DNA from: an uncultured Burkholderiales bacterium
GTDB lineage: Bacteria; Pseudomonadota; Gammaproteobacteria; Burkholderiales; Thiobacillaceae
DNA length: 64,000 nucleotides
Direction: 5' to 3'
Assembly (NCBI GenBank): GCA_937949525.1
Contig: CALEDT010000041.1
Location: 42,709 to 106,708 of the forward strand
Below the pieces are notes generated by a model. That model was not told the DNA's origin, did no database searches, and saw only the letters and a list, made by a program, of their open reading frames with translations. Position 1 is the first letter of the stretch. Each line of letters begins with the position of its first letter. Positions 13,140 through 21,542 of the stretch are shown here, piece by piece. A program made the position numbers and the translations under genes.

Positions 13140-13682
13140 TCAGTCCGCCTCGGCGATGATCGCCTGCGCCGCTTCGTAGAGATTTTCGAACACCGGCACA
13201 CCGGCGGGCAGTTCGCCGCCTTGCAGGGTACGCAAGCCCTTGCCGGTCTTGACCAGCATGGGGCGCGCGCCGGCGAGCAGCGCCGCCTGCACGTCGCGCA
13301 ACGCATCACCCACCGCGGGCACACCGGCAAGGTCGAAATGAAACCGCGCGGCGATGTCCAGGAACAGGCCCGCGTTCGGCTTGCGGCAGGCACAGCGCGA
13401 ATCGGCCGCATGTGGGCAGAAGAACACCGCATCGATGCGTCCGCCGAGTTGCCCGGTGAGCTTGTGCATCTTGGCGTGGATGTCGTTGAGCGTGGCCATG
13501 TCGAACAGCCCGCGGCCGACGCCGGACTGATTGGAGGCCACGACCACGCGGAAACCCGCCTGATTCAACAGCGCGATCGCCTCCAGGCTGCCTGGAATGG
13601 GCTGCCATTCCTGCGGACTCTTGATGAACTGGTCGGAATCGAAGTTGATGACGCCATCGCGATCGAGTATCACGAGTTTCAT
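13140..13682 (-). CDS. gmhB: D-glycero-beta-D-manno-heptose 1,7-bisphosphate 7-phosphatase
   Basis: MKLVILDRDGVIN (DxDG HAD motif), SNQSG, CxC Zn site FFCPHAADSRCACRKP. Confidence 0.92.
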   Translation of the reverse strand: MKLVILDRDGVINFDSDQFIKSPQEWQPIPGSLEAIALLNQAGFRVVVASNQSGVGRGLFDMATLNDIHAKMHKLTGQLGGRIDAVFFCPHAADSRCACRKPNAGLFLDIAARFHFDLAGVPAVGDALRDVQAALLAGARPMLVKTGKGLRTLQGGELPAGVPVFENLYEAAQAIIAEAD

Positions 13683-13702
13683 GAGTGCTCCCAAAACCGT
13701 GC

Positions 13703-14905
13703 TCAGGCCGATGCCCAACCGTCACGGCCGCGCTGCCGCGCCACACGCTGGGCCACCTCGCCGCGCCGCATCAAGGCCACGAACGGCTCGCCCGCATGCG
13801 CCTGAGCCATGCCGACGCTGACGGTGAAGTGGATGGTGCCGCCACTCAGACAAGCCGGCGCGGCGCGCGCGGCGTGCACGAGATCTTCGGCGAACAGCTC
13901 GCACTGGCGCGCGTCACGCCGCGCCAGCAACACGGCGAATTCCTCGCGCCCCAGGCGCGCCACCAGATCGTCGCCGCGGGCGCGTTCACGGCATACGTCG
14001 GCCAGCGCGCGCACCAGGGTTTCGCATTCGCTCTGGCCATAGGTGTCGACCAGTTGCGGATAGAAGTCGATCTCGATGCGCAGCAAAGCACAAACGTCAC
14101 CACGCCGTTGCGCCGCCTCCAGCTCGCGTTCCGCCTGGGCCAGGAAACGCCGGCGGTTGGCGATGCCAGTGAGGTCGTCCTGATCCAGCAGGTCGCGCAA
14201 CTCGGCCTCCAGACGCTCGCGCCGCTCGACCTCGGCTTGCAGCCGCTCGTTGGCCAGACGCAACACCTGCGCGTCCCGATAGCCCTCGCGTTCCTGACGC
14301 GACAAACGATGTGCGGTGAGCGCGCCGATGATGTTCACCGCCAGCAGCATCAGCCCCAGACCAAACAGGTTGCCTGCGGAAAAGTGGAAATGCTGGGACA
14401 GCAACCACAGGAACGCCAATGTCCCGACCAACGCGAGCGACAGTGAGGCAAGGAAACGATTGGGGATGAAGACGTAGATGGCCATCAGCATGACGCAGAA
14501 CGTCATGGCGTGCCAGCCCGGCTCGTAATCGCGCAGGAAGGTGCTGGACAGGAAGCCGGTCAGGGCGAGCCCGGCGACCAGAGACGGCGTGACGCCATCC
14601 ATCATGGCGCGCCAGAAGCGGCGTGCGCTGACAGCCACGAGCAGGCCGAACCCGGCGACGGTGAGACGGGTGAGAAACAAGACCTGGTAGGCTTCACCAT
14701 CGCCGATATTGAAGTAATCGACCACGGTGAACAGCAGGTAGAACAGCGCGGCGATGCCCACGCTCCAACGCGTGTCGCGCACCCGGCGCAGGTGCGCGGC
14801 TTCGCGGAAGGCCAGTTCGACCGCCGTGTCGCGGAACTCGGCACTGACCGGCGAGATGCGGTAGTCGGTGCCGGGCTGCACCTGACGACGCGCCGCAGTC
14901 GTCAT
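13703..14905 (-). CDS. membrane protein with degenerate GGDEF domain (GREEF; RxxD I-site retained)
   Basis: About 6 predicted TM helices, a coiled linker, then DLTGIANRR...DFYPQLVDTYGQ...RGDDLVARLGREEFAVLL. ATG at 14905 overlaps the glyS stop (ATGA). Confidence 0.85.
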   Translation of the reverse strand: MTTAARRQVQPGTDYRISPVSAEFRDTAVELAFREAAHLRRVRDTRWSVGIAALFYLLFTVVDYFNIGDGEAYQVLFLTRLTVAGFGLLVAVSARRFWRAMMDGVTPSLVAGLALTGFLSSTFLRDYEPGWHAMTFCVMLMAIYVFIPNRFLASLSLALVGTLAFLWLLSQHFHFSAGNLFGLGLMLLAVNIIGALTAHRLSRQEREGYRDAQVLRLANERLQAEVERRERLEAELRDLLDQDDLTGIANRRRFLAQAERELEAAQRRGDVCALLRIEIDFYPQLVDTYGQSECETLVRALADVCRERARGDDLVARLGREEFAVLLARRDARQCELFAEDLVHAARAAPACLSGGTIHFTVSVGMAQAHAGEPFVALMRRGEVAQRVARQRGRDGWASA

Positions 14906-17019
14906 TGCGCGCCGAGTTGGGCGATGTCGGCGACACTGTTCATCAGTTGCCCCAGTGACGCCAGCAGCGCCAGACGATTGGCACGCACCAGCGGCTCCTC
15001 GGTCATGACCATGACTTCATCGAAGAAGCGGTCCACCGGAGCCTTCAACGCCGCCAGGCGCAGCAACGCAGCGACATAGTCCAGACCGGCGAGCGCGGAT
15101 TCGATGCCGGGACGCGCGCGCTGCAACGCGTCGAACAAGGCGCGCTCCGCGTCTTCCTGGAACAGTGCGGGGTCGACCCGGTCGGCGCGCACGCCCGCCT
15201 TGCGCAGCAGATTCTGGATCCGCTTGTTGGCCCCGGCCAGCGCCGCCGCCTCGGGCAGGCGGCTGAACTCGGCCACGGCCGCGAGTCGTGCCGGCACGTG
15301 ATCGATGCGGCGCGGATGCTGACTCACCACCGCCTCCACCTGATCGCCCGGCGCGCCCTGATCCTTCAGATATACGCGCAGCCGCTCGAGCATGAACGCA
15401 AACACGTCCAGCGCCACGCTGGTGGCGAGCTGCTCGGGGGCGAACTGCGCGCGCGCCAGCTCCAACAGATCCGGCAGATCCAAAGGCAGGGCCTTTTCCA
15501 TCAGCATGCGCAGCACCCCCAGCGCGGCGCGGCGTAACGCGAACGGGTCCTTGTCGCCGCTGGGCACCAGACCGATGCCGAAGATGCCGACCAGGGCATC
15601 GAGCCGGTCCGCCAACGCGACGGCCAGCGCGATGTTGCCTGCGGCGAGGGCATCGCCGGCGAAGCGCGGCAGATAATGATCGCGGATGGCGTCCGCGACC
15701 CGTGCATCCTCGCCATCGTGCAGCGCGTAGTAACGCCCCATGACGCCCTGCAGCTCCGGGAATTCGCCGACCATGTCGGTCACCAGGTCGGCCTTGGCCA
15801 GTTCCGCGGCACGCATGGCCAGCGCCTCGTCCGCGCCCAGCGCGGCGGCGATGGCGCCGGCCAGCTTGACCAGCCGGCGCACGCGCGCGCCCAGACTGCC
15901 CAACCGGTTGTGATAGACCACCTTGTCCAGCGCGGCGACGCGCGCTGCCAGCGGCCGCTTGCGATCCTGGTCGTAGAAGAACTTGGCGTCGGCCAGCCGC
16001 GGGCGCACCACGCGCTCGTTGCCGCCGATGACCTCCCCGGCGTCCTCCGGGCGGATGTTGGCGACGACCAGGAAACGATGGGTCAGACGGCCGGCGGCGT
16101 CCAGCAGCGGAAAATACTTCTGGTTGGCCTTCATGGTCAGGATCAGGCATTCCTGCGGCACGCTCAGGTACTCCGCATCGAACTGGCACAGCAGCACGTT
16201 GGGCCGCTCCACCAGCGCGGTGACCTCGTCCAGCAGGGCCTCGTCCTCGACCGGTCGGGCGCCACCGCCGACCTCGTCGGCCTTGACCCGCAACTGCCGG
16301 ACGATCTCCGCACGCCGCCGGGCGAAACCGGGGATCACCGCGCCCTCGGATTCCATCTGCGTTTCGTAGCTACCCGCATGCCGAATCGACAACGGGTGAC
16401 GCTGCGCCTCGAACCGATGCCCGGACGTCTCGCGCCCCGCAACCAGGCCCAGCACGGTCACCGGCACGACGTCCGCACCGTGCAGCGCCAGCAGGCCGTG
16501 GGCCGGACGCACGAAGTTCACGGTGGTCCAGCCATCGGCCAGTTGATAGGTCATGACCTTGGGAATCGGCAGGCGCGCCAAGGCTTCCTCCAACGCCAGG
16601 CGCAGCCCCTCGACCAGCGTGACCCCGGGCACCACGCGATCATGGAACAGCGCTTCCGCCTTGCCATCGGTCACCCGCCTGAGGTGGACGACCGCCGCGG
16701 CGTCCAGTCCCAACGTCGCCAGGCGCTTGAGCAAGGCCGGTGTCGCTCGGCCCTGCGCATCGAGGCCGACGCCCACCGGCATCAGCTTGACGGATTCGGT
16801 CTTGTCCGCGGCCACCGCGAGCACGTTCGGCACGGTGACGCCCAGTCGGCGCGGGCTGGCATACACGTTCGACGGCAGGGTCTGCGCGGGGCACAGGCCA
16901 CGCTTCTTCAGGCCATCACACACCGCTGCGGCGAAGGCATCGCCCAGCGCCTTCAACGCCTTGGGCGGCAGTTCCTCCACCAACAATTCGACCAGCAGAT
17001 CGTTCGCGTCCATGCTCAT
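14902..17019 (-). CDS. glyS: glycine--tRNA ligase beta subunit
   Basis: 705 aa. N-terminus [15 protein letters not shown] is typical of GlyS. ATG overlaps the glyQ stop. Confidence 0.97.
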   Translation of the reverse strand: MSMDANDLLVELLVEELPPKALKALGDAFAAAVCDGLKKRGLCPAQTLPSNVYASPRRLGVTVPNVLAVAADKTESVKLMPVGVGLDAQGRATPALLKRLATLGLDAAAVVHLRRVTDGKAEALFHDRVVPGVTLVEGLRLALEEALARLPIPKVMTYQLADGWTTVNFVRPAHGLLALHGADVVPVTVLGLVAGRETSGHRFEAQRHPLSIRHAGSYETQMESEGAVIPGFARRRAEIVRQLRVKADEVGGGARPVEDEALLDEVTALVERPNVLLCQFDAEYLSVPQECLILTMKANQKYFPLLDAAGRLTHRFLVVANIRPEDAGEVIGGNERVVRPRLADAKFFYDQDRKRPLAARVAALDKVVYHNRLGSLGARVRRLVKLAGAIAAALGADEALAMRAAELAKADLVTDMVGEFPELQGVMGRYYALHDGEDARVADAIRDHYLPRFAGDALAAGNIALAVALADRLDALVGIFGIGLVPSGDKDPFALRRAALGVLRMLMEKALPLDLPDLLELARAQFAPEQLATSVALDVFAFMLERLRVYLKDQGAPGDQVEAVVSQHPRRIDHVPARLAAVAEFSRLPEAAALAGANKRIQNLLRKAGVRADRVDPALFQEDAERALFDALQRARPGIESALAGLDYVAALLRLAALKAPVDRFFDEVMVMTEEPLVRANRLALLASLGQLMNSVADIAQLGAQ

Positions 17020-17933
17020 GCCGCCTTCTGCGCGATCTGCGCCAGAACCTCATCCGCCCAGGGCTTGGGTGCCATGGGGAAACCCAGTCGTGCGCGCGAA
17101 TCCAGATAGCTGCGCGCCACGCCGCGCGCCAGGTTGCGGATGCGGCCAATATAGGCGGCGCGCTCGGTGACCGATATGGCGCCGCGCGCGTCCAGCAGGT
17201 TGAAGGTATGCGCGGCTTTCAGCACCTGTTCGTAGGCGGGCAGCGCCAACCGGGTATCCATCAGATGTTGCGCCTGTTTTTCGTGGGCGTTGAACGCAGC
17301 GAACAGGAATTCGATGTCGCTGTGCTCGAAGTTGTAGGCGGACTGTTCCACCTCGTTCTGATGGAACACGTCGCCGTAACGGATGCCGGGCGCGTATTCC
17401 AGATCGAACACGTTGTCCACCCCTTGCAGGTACATGGCCAGGCGCTCCAGGCCGTACGTGATCTCGCCGGTGATCGGCTTGCAGTCGATGCCGCCGACCT
17501 GCTGGAAATAGGTGAACTGGGTCACCTCCATGCCGTTGAGCCACACCTCCCAGCCCAGGCCCCATGCGCCCAGCGTCGGGTTCTCCCAGTCGTCCTCGAC
17601 GAAGCGCACATCGTTGCGGCGCAGGTCGAAACCGAGCGCGCGCAGTGAGTCGAGATACTGATCGAGGATATCGGCCGGCGCCGGCTTCAGCACCACCTGG
17701 AACTGGTAATAGTGCTGCAGACGGTTGGGGTTGTCGCCGTAGCGGCCATCCTTGGGGCGGCGCGAAGGTTGCACGTAGGCCGCCTTCCACGGCTCGGGGC
17801 CGAGCGAGCGCAGGAAGGTCGCCGTGTGGCTGGTGCCGGCGCCGACCTCGAGATCATAGGGTTGCAGCAAGGCGCAACCCCGTTCGCCCCAGTATCGCTG
17901 GAGCGTGAGGATGATGTCCTGGAATGCGGGCAT
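17016..17933 (-). CDS. glyQ: glycine--tRNA ligase alpha subunit
   Basis: [31 protein letters not shown]... is near-invariant GlyQ sequence. Confidence 0.97.
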   Translation of the reverse strand: MPAFQDIILTLQRYWGERGCALLQPYDLEVGAGTSHTATFLRSLGPEPWKAAYVQPSRRPKDGRYGDNPNRLQHYYQFQVVLKPAPADILDQYLDSLRALGFDLRRNDVRFVEDDWENPTLGAWGLGWEVWLNGMEVTQFTYFQQVGGIDCKPITGEITYGLERLAMYLQGVDNVFDLEYAPGIRYGDVFHQNEVEQSAYNFEHSDIEFLFAAFNAHEKQAQHLMDTRLALPAYEQVLKAAHTFNLLDARGAISVTERAAYIGRIRNLARGVARSYLDSRARLGFPMAPKPWADEVLAQIAQKAA

Positions 17934-18237
17934 GGCACACGCTGGGAAGCCGGAAAACCTTGGATTCTACCGGCGGCGCGGCGCTTGCGCGTAACCCGCC
18001 GTCGACCGCCGCGGCGGCTGCGGGGCGCCGTGGTCGGGCTGCGCCCACTTGTCGGAATTTCGTCGAACCGTCGCGCCGGTCGACGCCACCGCTCGGCCGC
18101 TTGCCGACGGGACCAACCACGGCGCGGCGTGGCGCGCCCATCGGAGCCGTCAGGCCGACCCCATGTCTGCGCGGGCGCATGGAGACCGGCACCCGGCCGA
18201 GGCATTGCCGCCGGGATCAAAACGTACCAAGCAACCA

Positions 18238-18253
18238 TGGCACGCAAATTGCT
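18238..18253 (+). promoter_or_regulatory. sigma54 (RpoN) -24/-12 promoter TGGCACgcaaaTTGCT
   Basis: Exact TGGCAC-N5-TTGCT with GG and GC 10 nt apart. It lies in a non-coding gap, 27 nt upstream of an SD/ATG. Confidence 0.5.
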
Positions 18254-18279
18254 GCTCTACACTCAAATTGGAGGAAACC

Positions 18280-18435
18280 ATGACGCTCAACCTGACCCCC
18301 AGTCTGACCATCCGCATTCGCCGCGCCGCCGACGACGCGCGTCAGGTGATCCGCACACATACCCGCCGTCTGTCCATCACCAGCATGACCTTCCTGAAAC
18401 TGGAGGTCATGGTGTTCCGCTACCACGTGAAGTAA
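18280..18435 (+). CDS. candidate small protein, 51 aa (MTLNLTPSLTIRIRR...VFRYHVK), no family assigned
   Basis: GGAGG at 18270-18274, 5-nt spacer, ATG. 44 of 51 codons end in G/C. The 3' 29 nt overlap the convergent kinase gene. Confidence 0.4.
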   Translation: MTLNLTPSLTIRIRRAADDARQVIRTHTRRLSITSMTFLKLEVMVFRYHVK

Positions 18436-19768
18436 GCGGCAGGCTCACGCGCGCGATCAGACCGCCGCCGTCGCGGTCGGCGAGTTCGATGCGCCAGCCA
18501 TGCGCATCCGCCAGTTGGCGGGCGATGGCCAGCCCCAGACCACTTCCGCCCTGCTCGCGATTGCGCGACGTCTCCAGCCGGGTGAACGGGCGGAACACCT
18601 CCTCGCGCCGTTGTGCGGGAATGCCGGGGCCGCGGTCCAGCACCTCCACATGGGCCTGGTCGCCGACGCACGACAGGCGCACTTCCACCTCGCCGCCGCC
18701 ATAGCGACGCGCATTTTCCAGCAGATTGCCGACCACCCGGCGCAACGCCGCCTCGCCCAGCGCCACCGTGCAGGGTGGTCCGGGCTGCCAGCGTACCGGC
18801 CCCAGACGCGCCGCCTGGGTACACAGATCGGCCAGCACGACATTGGGATCGCCGGGCGTGCTGGCGTCCTCGTGCAGCGCGCGTGAGAACGCCAGCATGT
18901 CGCCGATCAGCCGGTTCATTTCGGCGAGGTCGCGCTCCATCGCCGCCACGCGCTCGGGATCGGCGTCGTCCAGCAGCGACAGCGCCAGATGCAGGCGGGT
19001 GATGGGGGTGCGCAGATCGTGCGAGATGCCGGCCAGCAGCACGGTGCGGTTCTCCAGCAGGGCGCGCACTTCCTCGGCCATGCGGTTGAACGCGGCGGTC
19101 AGCTCGCGCAGTTCGCGCGCACCGGTTTCCGGCAGGCGCGCGGGCACGCGCCCGCGTCCCACCTCGGCCGCCTTGTGTGCCAGACTGGTCAGGCGGCGGC
19201 TGATCTGACGCGCCAGCACCAGCGCGGTCAGCACCGTCAACGCGGCACCCAGCAGGAATACGCCGGCCACGGCCAGCGGCGCGCGCAAGGCATAACGTTG
19301 GCGCTCGAAGCCGACGCGCAGCAGCTTGTCGGCCACGCGCAACTCCAGCCAGTCGTAGCGCGCGTCGCCGGCGCGCATCAGTCGTACTGGTTGTGCCGCG
19401 CGCCGGCTTGCCGCCTGTTCGATCAGCCGCCCGAAGTAGCCGGAATCGGCGGTGGTATGCAGACGCTCGCCGCGCACCTCGCCGAGCTCCAGGCCATGCC
19501 GGAACGACAGTTCCATCTCGTAGTCGGCGCGTGTCTCGGGCGGCAGTTCCACCCAGGTCTGCGCCACCAGCACGATGCGGGCGGCGAGATCGTCCGCGGA
19601 GCGCTGCGCCAGCGGCTCGATCACCAGCCGCCAGACCACCAGGAAAGCGATGGCCTCGAAGATCAGGAACGCCACCAGCAGCGCTGCGGCGGCGCGCCCG
19701 AACAGGGTCTGCGGCAGAGGAATCAAGCCATCCTGCCGCGCGGCGAAAACAGATAGCCCTGACCCCAC
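18407..19768 (-). CDS. EnvZ/CpxA-like sensor histidine kinase
   Basis: Two TM segments, HAMP, H-box LLAGISHDLRTPITRL, and N/G boxes (NARRYG, DRGPGIP, GGSGLGLAI). Start uncertain: GTG 19768, or TTG 19726 overlapping the regulator stop (TTGA). Confidence 0.9.
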   Translation of the reverse strand: MGSGLSVFAARQDGLIPLPQTLFGRAAAALLVAFLIFEAIAFLVVWRLVIEPLAQRSADDLAARIVLVAQTWVELPPETRADYEMELSFRHGLELGEVRGERLHTTADSGYFGRLIEQAASRRAAQPVRLMRAGDARYDWLELRVADKLLRVGFERQRYALRAPLAVAGVFLLGAALTVLTALVLARQISRRLTSLAHKAAEVGRGRVPARLPETGARELRELTAAFNRMAEEVRALLENRTVLLAGISHDLRTPITRLHLALSLLDDADPERVAAMERDLAEMNRLIGDMLAFSRALHEDASTPGDPNVVLADLCTQAARLGPVRWQPGPPCTVALGEAALRRVVGNLLENARRYGGGEVEVRLSCVGDQAHVEVLDRGPGIPAQRREEVFRPFTRLETSRNREQGGSGLGLAIARQLADAHGWRIELADRDGGGLIARVSLPLTSRGSGTP

Positions 19769-20424
19769 ACGGTGCGGATGTACACCGGATTGGCGGGATC
19801 GTCCTCCAGCTTGCGACGCAGGCGGGTGACGCGCACGTCGATCGATCGGTCGAACGGATCGCGCTCGTAGCCCTTCAACCAGTCCATGATCTGGTCGCGC
19901 GACAACGCGCGGTTGGGGTGCTCGACGAACAACTTGAGCAGGCTGAACTCCGCCTGGGTGAGCGCGACGTCGACACCGTCCCGGCTCAGCGCCTGGGCCG
20001 CCAGATCCAGCGCGAACGGGCCGAAACGCACCAGTTCAGCCCCGCCCGCCCGCGTACCGGCGCTGCCGCGCCGCAGCACGGCGCGGATGCGTGCCAGCAG
20101 CTCGCGCGGATTGAACGGCTTGGGCAGGTAATCATCGGCGCCCACCTCCAAGCCGACGATGCGGTCGATGTCCTCACCGCGCGCCGACAGCATGATCACC
20201 GGCACGTCGGCCGCCGCCTTGATGCGCCGCGTCAGACTCAGGCCATCCTCCCCCGGCAGCATCAGATCCATGACGATCAGGTCCGGCATGCCGGCGCGCA
20301 GCCGTTCGTCCATTTCGCCGCCGTCGCGCGCGGTGCTCACGTCGTAACCCTGCTTGGCCAGATAATCCGCCAGCAGGTCACGGATGCCGGCATCGTCGTC
20401 CACCACCAGTACCCGGTCGCCCAC
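19723..20424 (-). CDS. OmpR-family response regulator
   Basis: RVLVVDDD...MDLMLPGEDG...DDYLPKPF receiver plus a winged-helix C-terminus (VWGQGY). GTG at 20424 with GGAGG 7 nt upstream. The track ORF extension is spurious. Confidence 0.92.
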   Translation of the reverse strand: MGDRVLVVDDDAGIRDLLADYLAKQGYDVSTARDGGEMDERLRAGMPDLIVMDLMLPGEDGLSLTRRIKAAADVPVIMLSARGEDIDRIVGLEVGADDYLPKPFNPRELLARIRAVLRRGSAGTRAGGAELVRFGPFALDLAAQALSRDGVDVALTQAEFSLLKLFVEHPNRALSRDQIMDWLKGYERDPFDRSIDVRVTRLRRKLEDDPANPVYIRTVWGQGYLFSPRGRMA

Positions 20425-20524
20425 CACTTCGCCTCCGAAACACACTGTTACAAATCTAGCCGATGCGGAAACCGCCGTGTTACCGCCCCCGCCTAGCATG
20501 AGCACCATGGAAAGGAGCAATGCC

Positions 20525-20869
20525 ATGAAAGCCAGAACCCTGATCCCCCTGCTGCTGGCCCTGACCACCACCCCGGTGATGGCACAGGATGCCTACACCA
20601 GCCTGTTTACCGGTGTAAGCGTCACGGTCGCACAGCTCGGCGCGGAAGAACGCCGCGCCTGGCAGGAACGCTGGGAACGCGCCAACCCGGACGAGCGGGC
20701 CCGGCTGCGTCAGGAGATGCAGGATCGCATGCGCATGCCCGGATTTCCAGACAACGGCCGCTTCGGCACCGGTTATGAACGCCGGTTCGAGGATGGACGC
20801 GCTGACGATCGTGGCGCACGCGAGTTCCCGCCCGTGCCCCGCCCGTCGCGCGATGGTCGCGGCCGTTGA
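20525..20869 (+). CDS. small secreted, highly charged protein (114 aa)
   Basis: Signal peptide MKARTLIPLLLALTTTPVMA-QD, SD AAGGAG upstream. The mature part is Arg/Glu/Asp-rich (EERRAWQERWERANPDERARLRQEMQDRMR). Confidence 0.6.
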   Translation: MKARTLIPLLLALTTTPVMAQDAYTSLFTGVSVTVAQLGAEERRAWQERWERANPDERARLRQEMQDRMRMPGFPDNGRFGTGYERRFEDGRADDRGAREFPPVPRPSRDGRGR

Positions 20870-20900
20870 ACGCTCAACCTGACCAACCAGGAGTCGAATC

Positions 20901-21440
20901 ATGCGTAACCTCAAGAAAATCGCCCTGCCGGCCATGTTGCTTGCCGCGCTGCAACTCACGCCCGCGCTGGCGGGTGGTCCGCGCCATGCCCCGGTGTTCC
21001 AGGACCAGGCCCGGGTGATCTCCAGCATCGCGGTGTACGAACGCATCAACGAACCGCGACGCGAATGCTGGACGGAACAGGTCGGCTATGAAACCGTCGG
21101 CAGCCGTGACCGCAATTACGGCGGCGCCATCATCGGCGGTATCGTCGGCGGCGTACTCGGCAACCAGGTCGGCAAGGGCACCGGACGCCATGTCAGCACC
21201 GCCATCGGTGCCGCCACCGGCGCCATCGTCGGTGACAACCTGGGCAACGGCCGCTACGTGCAGACCGGCTATCAACGCCCGATCTACGAGGAGCGTTGCC
21301 GCACGGTCGACAACTGGAGTCAGCGCCTGACCGGGTACGACGTCACCTACCGCTATCAGGGGCGCGACTACACCGCCTTCATGCCGCGCGACCCGGGACC
21401 GTTCGTACGCGTGCACGTTCAGGTGTCGCTGGCCGAGTGA
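20901..21440 (+). CDS. glycine-zipper 2TM (17-kDa surface antigen/SlyB-like) outer-membrane protein
   Basis: Signal peptide, then GGAIIGGIVGGVLGNQVGKGTG...AIGAATGAIVGDNLG glycine zipper. Confidence 0.8.
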   Translation: MRNLKKIALPAMLLAALQLTPALAGGPRHAPVFQDQARVISSIAVYERINEPRRECWTEQVGYETVGSRDRNYGGAIIGGIVGGVLGNQVGKGTGRHVSTAIGAATGAIVGDNLGNGRYVQTGYQRPIYEERCRTVDNWSQRLTGYDVTYRYQGRDYTAFMPRDPGPFVRVHVQVSLAE

Positions 21441-21542
21441 CCCCGGTCATGCCGGCCGGCGCGGGATGGGGGAACCGGATGGACGTCCGCCCCCCTGCGG
21501 CGGCCGATCGCGAATTGAAGCGATCACGGCCTTGCGGTTACA

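Noticed and set aside
18188-18205. Weak NtrC-like dyad GGCACCcggccGAGGCA upstream of the 18238 sigma54 promoter.
   Set aside because: Only 9 of 12 positions match, and it lies just 35-50 bp from the -24 element, closer than typical enhancers. It is not strong enough to claim.
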